From the NCBI RefSeq assembly GCF_032191835.1, contig NC_083240.1, forward strand, positions 18,290,001-18,354,000: a DNA stretch of 64,000 nucleotides, given 5' to 3'. The stretch comes from Heteronotia binoei. Lineage: Eukaryota. Each line of letters starts with the position of its first letter. Positions within the stretch are counted from its first letter, which is position 1. The translations under genes were made by a program, and so were the position numbers. Below, in pieces: positions 44,750 through 57,200 of the stretch. The notes beneath the pieces are model-generated. The model had not been told where the DNA came from, did not search any database, and was given only the letters and a program-made list of their open reading frames with translations.

Positions 44750-45113
44750 AACCAACCAACCGGGTCAGAAATGCTGCGATCCCAACAAACCAATCAGCGT
44801 CCAGGTCATTGTTTAAAAAAACCACCAAAACATTGTGACAGCGCATGCGTAATATACCCCTTTCCCACCATCCAACACGGGGTTGTGCCGCTCTATCCCC
44901 TGCGGGGGAGGAGTAGCGTTTAATAAGCCCGCGCACCTCTGTGGTATGGAAAAAATCGCTACAGGCTTCTTCCGGTCAAGGAAGGAGGAGCTTCTGTTTT
45001 TCTTCCGGGCCAGGACGGAAATAAGGATTTCGCAGCGCCGTCTCTATGGTGACGGCGGTGAGGGGCGGGTCTCCGAGCCGGAAGTGGGGACCGGGGAGAC
45101 CGGAGCAAACAGG
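44750..45113 (+). promoter_or_regulatory. DNAJC16 CpG-island promoter and probable non-coding exon 1
   Basis: CCAAT box 44790-44794, NRF1-like GCGCATGCG 44841-44849, ETS/GABP cores CTTCCGG (44969, 45002) and CCGGAAGT (45078-45085), GC box 45062-45069, candidate donor CAGG|GTGGGT at 45113/45114. The next exon acceptor TTGCAG|GTT is at 51186/51187, 20 nt before the ATG. Confidence 0.65.
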
Positions 45114-47476
45114 GTGGGTATGGCGAGTCTTTCGTGAGCTGCTGAGGTGGGGGAAGATGACTGTTCGAGGAATGTCAGCTGTGGGAGGCAGGGAGTCCCG
45201 CCTCGGTCAGTGGGAGGCGTGAAGGAGAGGGCAGTTAGCCGCACCTGGTTGCTGTAGGGAGGCCTGTCTTTAGGAGGGCGCCCCTGTGGGGAGAGGTTGG
45301 GAAGCCCTAATGCACGATGGTGTTCCCTTGGTGGAAAAAGGCATGTTTGGGAGATGGGCTTGGAATCAGTGTTCCCTCTAAGCTGCAGAGTCTTGTGAGC
45401 AAAAAATCTACTTTGTGAGCTTACTGGCATTAAAGTTGTGAGCTCCTGTATAAATTAGTGTGCTCTGGGGTCATCCTTCCTGAGCTAAGACAAAACTGTG
45501 TGAGCTGCAGGCTAAAAATCTGTGAGCTAGCTAACTCAGTTTAGAGGGAACACTGCTTGGAGTGTAATGTAATGCTTCCAGGTCTTTAATATTTGCTATT
45601 ATTTCTTGAGAAAATATTTCTCTTTTTTATATATATAAGCTGCTGAAATAGATTTAATCTTGCCCTTAGGACTGCTTTAAAAGCATTCCAGATAATGTGC
45701 AAATGTACATCTGGAGTCAAATTGAATTTGAAATAATCAAGAATTTCTTTGCCCAATAGTTTTGATACATTTATATTATGTAATAAAGAATTATTAAGCC
45801 TCCAAGTTGAACCAGAAGACTTCTAATGTTTGCAAGATGGGCTTGGAGACTGTTTTTTTGCATGAAGATGCAAGGAGGATGAAGCCTGTCGGTAGATAGC
45901 TTGGGTGTGTGTGGGGAGGAAGCCAGTGCCATGTAAATGCAAAGCAAGTATGGAATGAAAAAAAGTTAATGCACAATCCAATTCCTTTTATTGATGAATT
46001 CCAGGGGAGACTCCAGCCCTCACCTAAAGATTGGCAACCCCACGTGGGGATTCCCTTTAGAAACTTAAAAATTGTTTGGCTTAGGGTTAATATATATAAA
46101 TGGGTATTTGGAGAGAGGTTATGGAGGAACCTCCTTGTGTACAGGCAGTCTACCCTGACTCCCAGGTGCTGCAGGATGAGCCGCTAAGCATGCAGTCATC
46201 CGTCCTTCCCTCCCTTTGAGTTTGACTTCTGAGTCATCTTATCTGGCTGCTCTTTTGTAATGTGAGTTATATGTGGCCTTTCTGTGCTGGTTTCACCGTT
46301 CAGAGCGCTTCTCTAAAGGTTTAGTAGCTGTTATTGTAATAGTCATGTAATGGTTGGCCTCTGGTATTATTCTTGTCTGAAGGGTGAAGTGGCTGAAGGA
46401 GAGTGGACTTGTGGCCTGTCCATGTGTCTGTGGTTCACAGCTTTGGTTGTAGCTCCCAGTAGGTTAAATGTGATCAGCTGTGTTCTTTTCTGGGAGTCCT
46501 GAATTATGTGTATCTTAGGATGAGACCGCAAGTTGATGCATACATGGTTTTTAAAAATAGTTGTGATCATTTTGCAATGTGTGGATTAGGGCAAGGGGTT
46601 GGCTCACTGTCCTTGAGAGGCATCTCAGCATCTTATTAAAAGATTTCTGAATCTTTGTTGTCCATTTCCTGTTTTGGCTGCTGTTGTCCTGCCCTTTGAG
46701 AAAGGCAAGAATGGCAATTATAAATCACCACCCCAGGCAAGACTCAAAGAAGAAGTTGAAGCCCCTGTTCTGCTGAAACGTTTTAGCATGGTAGAGGTGT
46801 GGTAGAAATTTATATGTCTATGCACTGTGTGAGGACAGCCAATGTAAGTTCATAGGGAAATAGATTTGGGGTACCCCAAATAAGATATTTCCTCACATGA
46901 TACCCAATTATTTTTGAAGTGTCTTGAGTTCAGTGTGTAGTACTGGCCACCAGCTTAGATAGGTTTGAAAGGGAACTAAACACACTTGGGGGAGGGTAAG
47001 TTGATCTGTTCTTTGTCATGATGGTGTAATGGGAACCTCCATGAACACTTGGAGTAGGGGAATGACAGCAAGAGAGTTTCCCGGCTGCATCAAAGCACGC
47101 ATAAAATCATTAATGGAAGCAGCCTTTAGATTTCCAAATTCTATTTAAAAAATTGCCAGTAAAGCACATCTAAGCAACACATAAGTGCAGATCACTGATA
47201 AACTGGCTTCACTGCTCAAGTCAGCGGTTTAAAACTGCTTACAAACCAAAGGCCCTCTCTTAAAGAGAACAGTGGTCAGCAAATTGGAGGCCATCCCAGG
47301 AAAGGTGTTCCAGAATTGCATAGTGATAAAAAAATGCAATAAATAAGAATTGTATTTCTTTCTGCAGAGGTGGATCCTTGACAAAGTTTAGAGTGGTTGA
47401 AATAGATGCAGATTTTGAAGATGGCTTGTTGAGTTCTTCCAGCGCTGAACCTAAAAATGTAAGCCATCCCCTAGTG

Positions 47477-47612
47477 CAGGGGTGACCAACGGTAGCTCTC
47501 CAGATGTTTTTTGCCTGCAACTCCCATCAGCCCCAGCCAGCATGGCCAATGGCTGGGGCTGATGGGAGTTGTAGGCAAAAAACAGCTGGAGAGCTACTGT
47601 TGGCCACCCCTG
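47477..47612. mobile_element. 136-bp near-perfect palindromic hAT MITE
   Basis: Perfect 8-bp TSD CCCTAGTG; the two halves are reverse complements. Confidence 0.85.
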
Positions 47613-49160
47613 CCCTAGTGGGCTATCATGCTGTTCTGAAAGCGGGCTGACTGCTGAGTGAATACCCTTCCTGAGTTAAGCTAATATAGAATGGATTGAG
47701 GCCACAAATATTCATTTCTGCCTGGGGCTGTTGGTTCTGAAATACAGGTTTTTCAAAGTAGTTTGGGAAATCTTGAGGATCTTTTGAAGCCTATTGGTGA
47801 AATGAGCATCTAGCTTAAACATTACCAGTCAGCCTCTGAAGTCCAGAGCTTCAGCAGACTGGTGTTCTTGGTAGCACTCCCTGTTGATGTGGGGTGATGG
47901 CGAAGGCTCATGTACCTTGCCGGAGTACTCTGTGAACTGAGTGTGCACATTAAAGTATGCTTCAGAAACCTGCAGGGCTCCCTGGCAGGTATTCAAGGAT
48001 TTCTCAGTAGTTGAAAAAGTTTTCTGGAGTCTGAAAGCTTCTATTCTGAAACACGTTTCTGTCTGTCTGAATTCTGTGACACACACCAACAACCGACCAA
48101 GTATATGTGATGGACAATTCCCTAACCATGGCATCTATTCCAGTCACTGTCTTTTGTTGTGTGTCTTGCTGATCGGGTGACTTGGTGGCATGATGTGCTT
48201 ATCCTCTCAGTTATGTGCCAGTGCTGGACATAATTCTCCCCCCTCCCCAATCTGATTTTTGTATATGCGCTCGTGTTGCCTTGCATAGGTGTGTGCATTG
48301 CCTTATCCTGAGAACCCTTAAAGTATAAACTCCAGAAAGAAGGTGTATAATTCTAGAAGCTGATTTGATCTCTCCCCTGCTTCTCCTTTTGAATGAAGGA
48401 TGAGGGTGGGTGGTAGATGTTGGTGCAAAGAAATACTTGTGGTACTTTCTTGCATCATTTGGTCTGATCTGTACTCATAGAGCTAGGTACTTTAATTGTG
48501 AGGTGATTGAGACACCGCGGTATAATGGCTTGAATGTCAGACTGAAGTGACCTGGGTTTGAGTTCTCGCTCAGCTGTAGGGTTTGCTGGGTGACCTTGGT
48601 CCAGGCATTGTGCCTTGGTCTAACCCACCCCTTGAGAGGATAAAGTGGAGGTGAACCACAGATGCTACTCTGACCTTCTTGGAGGAAGAATATTGGCAAA
48701 CAAGATCAGTCACATAATACCAGATTGTACATGGAATTTTTAAACAATTTTAAAAATTGTTCCCTATACTATCAGAATAGCAAGCATAAAGCCTGAGCTA
48801 TAACCTTTCTCAGAAGTGCTGACTTGTTTTCAAGGAGTCCACCCCCCCCCCCAAAAAAAACCAATCTGGAAGAGCATCCTCACATTTTTACACCCCTCCT
48901 GTAGTAATATGACCCATTCTCTCCTCTAACTCTAGTCTGTATCTTAATATGTCCCATCTTTATTCTTGGACGGAGGGCAGGGTCTCAAGGCAGCATGTGT
49001 GATTCTGTCCTCCTCCACTTTATCATAGCAGCCCTCTGAAGAAGGGGCAGAGCAAGAGTGTGTGCAATTGACCCACAGACTCAGTCACCCACCAGGCTTC
49101 CTATCTGTGTGAGGATTTGAATCCTGGTCTCCCCAGTCCTAGTATGACAGTTCATGCTAG

Positions 49161-49453
49161 GAGCCAGTTTAGTGTAGTGGTTAAGCGTGCGGACTCTTAT
49201 CCGAGAGAACTGGGTTTGATTCCCCACTCTTCCACTTGTAGCTGCTGGAATGGCCTTGGGTCAGCCATAGCTTTCGTAGGAGTTATCCTTGAAAAGGCAG
49301 CTTCTGTGAGAGCCCTCTCAGCCGCACCTACCTCATGGGGTGTTTGTTGTGGGTGGGGGGAGGAAGGTAAAGGAGATTGTGACCGCTCTGAGACTCTGAG
49401 ATTCAGAGTATAGGGTGGGATATAAATCCAATATCATTATCTTCTTCTTCTTC
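49161..49453 (+). mobile_element. SINE, full length, (CTT)n tail
   Basis: GAGCCAGTTTAGTGTAGTGGTTAAG...GGGATATAAATCCAATATCATTATCTTCTTCTTC. Confidence 0.8.
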
Positions 49454-50696
49454 AACCAGTACTCCGCATTGGTTGCCTCCTAATTTGCCTGCCTCTATAA
49501 ACCTATGCTGATACGTGAACGTTCAGGTTACAAGATGTTCCTAGTTGCACCTCTTAACCTAAAAGTTTCTCATGCTGTCATCAGAGTGTACTGGCTAGCT
49601 TTTAGAGATCACTGTCCCCCCCACCCCCAAACCAGTTTCCCAGAAATTCCCTTATTACGTTTCTTCATTTGTAAAGTTTGAACATAAGGGTGCTCAGCTG
49701 CAGCATGTCTTGTGCCCCACTGGCTGAACATGTGTTCATCTTTGGGTTGGAATGAGATTGGCTACTCCCTTGTCACCCACCAGTTGAATCCCTACCTTCA
49801 TTTATATTTGGATTAAAAAAAAAAATTCTAGTTTTGTGCACTGAGTCTGCTAATAAAAGGAGCTGGTTTAGACCTCTTGTGGTACCAGTTAATCTTATCA
49901 GATTCCTTTTCTCCTTTCAGTGACCAGCAGCATTTCTCACCAGAAATAGTGAAATAGTATAGGCAGGCCTTTTTTGTAGCAGGACCTCCTTTGCATATTA
50001 GGCCACACACCTCTGGTGTAGCCAATCCTCCAAGAGCTTACAGTAGGCCCTGTACTAAGAACCCTGTAAGCTCTTGGAGAATTGCCTACATCAGGGATAT
50101 GTGGACTAATATGCAAAGGAGTTCCTGCTACAAAAAAATGCCCTGAGTATGGGACTGCTCTGACACATATGTTCTCCTTTGCCTTGGCCTCCTTGCAGAA
50201 GTGTAGATACAGTTCTCTGTTCATCCTATTTTCATGTTTTCTCCCACTGTGCAGAGATCTACCTCAAGGTCTTTTTGGAATGATCGTAGTCAAAGCACCT
50301 CTGTCTGCCACGTGGATGGGAAGATATGCATTTTTGCATGTTCCACCCACATTAGTGCCGTTTCCTTATCTCAGTCCTTGCCACTGCCACTCTTCTTTCC
50401 TTCTCAGAGGCCTTTTTGAGAGCTCTTTAAAAATGTGCAGTTGCCAGGTCCCTGTAGCATGACAACATTAGAACCATCTGTTGCAGCAATATATTGATCT
50501 GGATCAGACTGAAGGTCCTTCTAGCCTAGGATCCCATATGTTTTGGGAGTTTGCAAAGCTGAAGCCTCCCCCTTCCACCCAGCTGGTATTTAGGTACACA
50601 GCCTCTGAACCAGAAAGTTCTGTTGATGCATCATGTCTAACAACTGTTGAAAGATCTGTCTCTTTAATTTGTCTCCTTTTAAAGTTGTCTAAGCTA

Positions 50697-50990
50697 GCAT
50701 AGACGTGGTGCAGAGTGGTAAAGCTGCAATACTGCAGTCCGAACTCTCTGCTCATGACTTGAGTTCGATCTTAGCGGAAGCTGGATTCAGGTAGCTGGCT
50801 CAAGGTTGACTCAGCCTTCCATCTTTCCAAGGTCGGTAAAATGAGTACCCAGCTTGCGTGGGCGAGGGGGAGTGTAGATGACCGGGGAAGGCAATGCCAA
50901 ACCACCCCATAAAAAGTCTGCCGAGAAAACATTGTGAACGCAGCGTCACCCCAGAGTCGGAAATGACTGGTGCTTGCACCTTTACCTTGG
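50697..50990 (+). mobile_element. Sauria SINE (tRNA head, Bov-B/RTE tail), near full length
   Basis: tRNA-like A/B boxes (GGTGCAGAGTGG, GAGTTCGATC), core GGTTGACTCAGCCTTCCATC...GGTCGGTAAAATGAGTACCCAGC, tail GGAAGGCAATG..AAACCACCCC...CACCCCAGAGTCGGAAATGACTG. Confidence 0.8.
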
Positions 50991-51206
50991 TAAGATAGAA
51001 TCCATTGCTGTCGTCCTTGGGAGGAGGCAAAAATGAAGTCTGTGTCCAAGACAGGGTGTGTGTGTCTGTGTGTGTGGTGGGGAGCAGTAAGGGACCCATA
51101 ACTGTGACTGCCACACTTCTGCACATGCAGTTCCTAATTTCTGCCCTTGCCTGTTAAACTTGTGGAAAAAACCCCCTTCTTTGCAGGTTCTGTGAAGGAC
51201 AGCAAC

Positions 51207-54200
51207 ATGGAAGCGAAAAGGTTAAGCATCTCCCTGGTTCTGGTTCTGTTTCTCATCCTGGCCCTGCAAATCTTATCCGCTGTCGACTTTGACCCGTATC
51301 GAATCCTGGGAGTCAGCAGGACGGCCAGCCAGGCAGACATTAAGAAAGCATACAAGAAGCTTGCCCGGGAGTGGTACGTGAATCGAGAAACATAATTTGA
51401 TCTAGCTTCTGGCTTAAAAACAGGCAGCCTGTCGCTTGCAAGACTTGTCAGCCTTTGCTGTCTTGATACTTTCACCTGCGGTGGGGGGAAATGTGCTTTG
51501 ACTGTGGGGAGAGACCCTAAAGTAAGGACAGGGAAGGGCATTGGGGTTTTGGAGAAGAGGGAGCCCCCCACCTCAAAAAAAAGCAGAGCCACCTCCGAGT
51601 AACAGCAGGAAGCAGTCTTCCACAAAATCAGAAAATATGTTGTTTTTCTTTTACTAGCACAGTTAGCATAAAGTTCAATTAAAGCAGAAATGAGCAGTTT
51701 CCATAGATCTCTCCTCACCCCCCCCCCTTACAATGTTCCTTGGGGTCCCTTTGTCCCCTCAGGAACACCATTTTGTGAAGATCTGCAGGTTGCAGTGGGA
51801 GGGATCATAGCCGTAACAGGGAAGTTCCATTCTACAGATGCAAAATCAGTCTGTAAATAATATGTGGTGGGATTTGGCTTTGGACTGGGCATTGGACTGG
51901 CTTGTCTTCGCTTGATAGAAACGCGGAGCTTTTTGCTCATTATTTCCCAGCTGTAGGGAAAATCCTCAGTGTGAATGTAATGCTTCTCGCTTATGCTTCC
52001 GTTACTTCATTTCGAGGCAGGCATGTTTAGGGAGGCACGTAGAACCATAGAGTTGGCAGGGACATCCAGGGTCATCTAGTCCCACCCCCTGCACAATGCA
52101 GGAAATTCGCAAGTACTTCCCCTCCACACACCCAGAGACCCCTGTTCTATGCCCAGAAGATGACAAAAAGCCTCCGGGATCACTGGCCAAACTGACCTGG
52201 AGAAAAATTTCATGTTATAAGTCTGTGGCTCAGGGGTGCAGTGTGTGCTTTGCCTGCAGAAGGCACTGGGATCAGTTCTTGGCATTGCCAGTGAAAGAGT
52301 CAAAGATAGCTTGCATTGGGGAAGGCGTCCCTCCCAGAGAACCACTGCTCGTCAGAAAAGATGATATTCAGCAAGGTGACCGATGCTCTGATTTGGCATG
52401 ATTTTTCTTTTTCCATGGCATTTGTCATTTACAGGGTGTTAAAAAGAAAAACCAAGCTGTGGCTGCAGCCCGTTCAGCTGTCAATAGCCTTGTAGAAATG
52501 AGTGGGCAGAGAATGTTTGAGTCTCAGGAACAATAACGGAGTGACATGAGGCTTTCTTTTGCTGGGAGGCAGCTCTAATTCCTCATCTCTGTTCCCTGCC
52601 CCCGTTCAGCTATTTGTGTATGAAGTTAACTGCACTCACAAAGAGGTTGGATTTTCACCCCTCTTTGCCAGTCTCGGAGCACAGGAAAGAAGCCCACCTC
52701 CCCCTCAGGTAATACGCCAGTTCAGGCGTCAGAGAGATTAAGCTTTGCATAATGCCAGTTCTGCCTCCGTTGCCCCCGCACTCCCAGCACTGAACTTGAA
52801 GCTGCCAGCCTCAGATCAAATCGCTGACTCTTTTCTCATTTTTTACTTGCATTTCAGGCATCCTGATAAAAACAAGGACCCTGGAGCGGAAGATAAGTTC
52901 ATACAAATTAGCAAAGCCTACGAGGTATTAAAACGCTGGGGCGGGCAGAGGGAGTTCTGTTGTTAATGAAGAATCAGCAGGAGTCCTGGGGCACCTCAGA
53001 GACTGACAGAGTTTTATTCCAGCGGAAGCTTCCATGCCAGCTTTTCATGATGCAGCGCTGCAGGTTTTTCTTTAGGCAGACCATTTTTGTAGGAAGTAGG
53101 ACCAAAGTGGACAGCAGGGTCACAGGACCTTGAAAAATACGAAGTAAAGCATAACTGTGAAAATTCACATTTGCTTAAGGAAAGCATGGAGGCCGTTTTG
53201 CCTGTTTTCCTAAGGTAGTTGGCTCCTTTAATCGATGGGGAGTGGCAGGAGACGTTTAACATCGGTGTGTGTTATGTGCTGTCAGGTCACTTCTAACTTA
53301 CAGCGACCCTGTGAAATAATTTCTTCCATTAATGGTGGTGGATGTTATGTTGACTTTTTCAGTAGGAATGCCAGGCTTCAGGTGGGTCCTGGGGATTCCC
53401 CAGACCTGCAGTTCGTCACCAGATGACAGAGATCAGTTCCCCCAGAGAAAAAAAGATGCTTTGGAGGGTGGACTCTGTGGTACTGGACCCCACTGTCCTC
53501 CCTAAGCTCCATCCCCAAATCTCCAAGAGTTTCCCAACCTGGGTCTGCTGCCCCTATTGTCAGGAGCAGCAGCATCTCACTACTTTTCCTTACTCTGGAG
53601 TAAACATTGTAACTAGTTTTGTGTTTACTCTGCATCATTTTGTGTTCCTCCGCGTCATTGGTAGAAAAAGCCTAGCAAGAACTTATTTGCATATTAGGCC
53701 ACACCCCCTGACACCACCATTTGTTCTGCACAGGGATTTTTTGTAGAACGAGCCTAGCAGGAACTCATTTGCATATTAGGCCACACCCCCTGACACCAAG
53801 CCAGCATTGTGTTTCTGTGTGTTCCTGCTCAGAAAAAGCCCTGCTCTGCATGCTACAGGCATGATGTTGTAAGTAGTACTAGAAAGGGAGTGGTTAACAA
53901 GGAAGAGCCAATTTCCTTTGTGGTGCCTCTTGGATAACTAGGGGCATCATACAGAGTAAAACTAGAGTGAATTCTAGATTAGGATGCCTGGCGTACTGAC
54001 TGCAAGGTGACTCTCTGCCACATCTCCGTGTGTTCTTTATGTGCCCAGGAACCTGGGGGACAAATTGGACAAAACGTAAGGGGTGGGGTTTTTGGACAAT
54101 GTTCCCTCTAAGCTGCAGAGTCTTGTGAGCAAAAATTCTACTTTGTGAGCTACTGGCATTAAAAGTTGTGAGCTACCGCATCAATTAGTGTGCTCGGGGG

Positions 54201-57200
54201 TCGTCCTTCCTGAGCTAAGACGAAAAAATGTGTGAGCTGGAGGCTAAAAATCTGTGAGCTAGCTCACACGAACTCAGCTTAGAGGGAACACTGGTTGTGG
54301 GTCATTCTCCGTGTGTGGTGGTTGTTAGCTAAAGCAGCTGGTGAGGAGGGTGGCTGGGGTTCAGATCAGAAGATGAATTGGGAAAATCCAGGGTAAGTTG
54401 GTGGAGGCTTCCCTATGCCTGGCAGGGATCAGGAGCAAGTATGTGCTGCACCTCTCCTCCCACCTCTGGTGCCGCCAGGCGTTCACTTAGAGAGTGCAAC
54501 GAGCCTCTGTGTTGCAACCCTGGACTTCCTTGGTGGTCTCCCATCCCATGTATGAAGCAGGGCCAACCCTGCTTTGCTTCCAGCAGCTGAAGAGATTAGT
54601 CCAAACTGGGCTATTAGGGCTGCTATATTTACTGTAGGTTTTCCTTAAAACATGAATGTAGTATAGTGGTCCTGGCCCGGTGGTCTTGTTCTTGGAATGC
54701 ATAAATGAACTGAAGATGAATACAAAGGTACGGTTAGCTTATACTATCCTAATGCAGAGTCTTTACCAAAAATTCAGGATGCGAAGTTCCATTTTTTTTT
54801 TTTAAACCCTGACCAGATCCTTTCTAATGAGGAGAAGAGATTAAATTTCGACCGCTATGGGGACGTGGGGGAGAACCAGGGGTATCCCCAACAGCAGCAC
54901 CAGCACCAGCAGCGCCAGTTCCACCCCTTCCATGAAAGCTTTTATTTCGACGAGTCCTTTTTCCACTTCCCCTTCAACTCGGACCGCCGGGACTCCTCCG
55001 ATGAGAAGTACCTGCTGCACTTCTCGCACTACATCAACGAGATCGTGCCCGATAGCTTCAAAAAGCCCTACCTCATTAAAATCACGTCGGACTGGTGCTT
55101 CAGCTGCATCCACATCGAGCCCGTGTGGAAGGAGGTGGTGCAGGAGTTGGAAGCAATGGGTAAGGAAGGATCAAGCATGGGCTCGTTCCATTGGGCTTCG
55201 TGCCTGCCCCAGCCTAAGGACGGGTCACATGCCATTTCCTGTTTTAACTTCTGCCTCACAATCAAAACATCTTGCGTTGCTGCCCAATGACACACAAGCT
55301 CTTGCTTTGCTAAGTCTCCAAGGCAAGGAGAGTCTGAGGGGCAGCTGCTGAAAATGCCTCTCTGTGAACCTTTTGATGCCTAGATGATGTACTTGAAAAG
55401 ATGTTCTTGGTTGAGCTTAAAGATGTAGGAAGCAAGGTAGCCTCTAGAGCGTTCGTTAGCTCATCGCCAGCCTGTTGAATAGAACCAGGAAATCAGCAGG
55501 GGTCTGAGACGGGTTCCCTTTGTTTCGCCTAATTGACTTGAAATCCATTTTCAGAGCCGGGCTGCATCTCTCCTAGGCTGGCGCATCCATGCTGGGAGCC
55601 CAGACGTGCTGTTCTCAGGAATAAAATTAATTGAATAATGAAGGACTCCTGTGGGCCTCAAGTACCCGTCTGCAGAGGAACTTGCATGATTCACTGTTCT
55701 AGCCTTACTCATTCAGCTGCCGCGGGGAGCAGCGTTGCTCCAGCTCTGAATCAAATTCAGCCGGCTTGTTCTGTCTCTCCTGATGAGAGAGGCACAATAG
55801 AACGAGCCCTCCCTGGGGAAGAGAAGAGGCTGCCCTGTGCACAAAGTGCCTGGAGATGATCTCTGGAGGCTGGGAGGGGAGTTTTTGCTCAGAGAAGGGG
55901 GCCTTTCATTTTAATCCAGAGAGAAACCGATGTTGTGCTGTCTCTATCGGATCTGGGAAGGTGCCAGCGTTACAGTTTTGGGCATTGGTCCTCCAGCGCT
56001 CTCCTGGAACAATCCGCATTTGCTCCAGTGCTGTTGGCAAGGGGAAAGTTTGTAGCTGCAAATAGGGTGCTGTCAAGGATCAGAGGCATCTAGCGGTTCC
56101 TCTTCCGGGAAGGTGGCCAGTAGTAAGGGGGCTCCCGTGGCCCATTCCCAGGGCTCTGAGGTGCCACAGCGGTCTGTTTTTGTCCGCCGCCCCCCCCCCA
56201 GGTTATATGCATATGTGTAAAGTGCCATCGTTGCATCTGACTTATGATGACCCCCTAGGAATATAAAGCCTTGAAAAAATGCAAACGGGAAATGATTTTC
56301 TATTTGTGCAGCTGAACTTCTCTAAAGCAGAGAGCTGAGTGACATCCCTGCAGTTGCCCCTGCCTCTGAGCTGCAACTGTGGTTCGTGTCATGAACTTTC
56401 TGTTGGGCCTCTTCGTTTCCGCAGCATAAGGTGTAATCGCAGCTTTCTAGTGTTGGCTTCTAGCTTGGGAGGTCTTTCTTGACTGGCCTCCCTTGCCCCT
56501 TTCAGGAGTGGGAATTGGCGTCGTTCATGCCGGTTATGAGAGGCGCCTGGCACATCACCTGGGCGCCCACAGCACCCCATCGATCCTGGGGCTTATCAAT
56601 GGGAGAATAACCTTTTTCCACAATGCGGTCGTGCGGGAGAATCTGCGCCAGTTTGTAGAGAGTCTTCTTCCTGGGAACCTTGTGGAAAAGGTAAGTTGCT
56701 TTCAGCAGTTTGCTCTTTGAAGGTGCAAATAAAGGACTTCCCTGCTGAATCAGGCCAGGAGGTTGGTTGAGTCCAGCAGCCAGTTTTCTCTGGTGACCAA
56801 CCAGGCATCTCAAGGAAGCTTGCATGCTGGGAATAAAGACAACAGCCTCCCCTGGAGAATCCAGTGTGCAAAGGTGTATTGCTTCCAAACAGGGAGGTTG
56901 CATTTATCTGTGGATGGATTGACCCTCCCAATTTGTCTGGTTTCTTTTTAAAGCTACCTGAGCTAGTGGCTGTCATTACTTCTAGTGGCAGTGAATTCCA
57001 CAAGTTTAATTAGTCCTTATGAGAGAAAGGACTTCCATACATGCCGCTGCCTTGTACTGAATCAGACTTTTGGTCCATCGAGGTCAGTCTTGTGTATTCA
57101 GACTGGCAGTGCCTCTCCAGGTTCTCAGAGGTCTTTCACATTACCTACTGCCTGGTCCTTTTTTAAACTGGAGCTGCCAGGGACTGAACAGGAGATCTGC

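Noticed and set aside
51147-51206. N-terminal extension of DNAJC16 from the ORF track
   Set aside because: It begins at a non-ATG codon upstream of the TTGCAG acceptor (51181-51186), so most of it is intronic.
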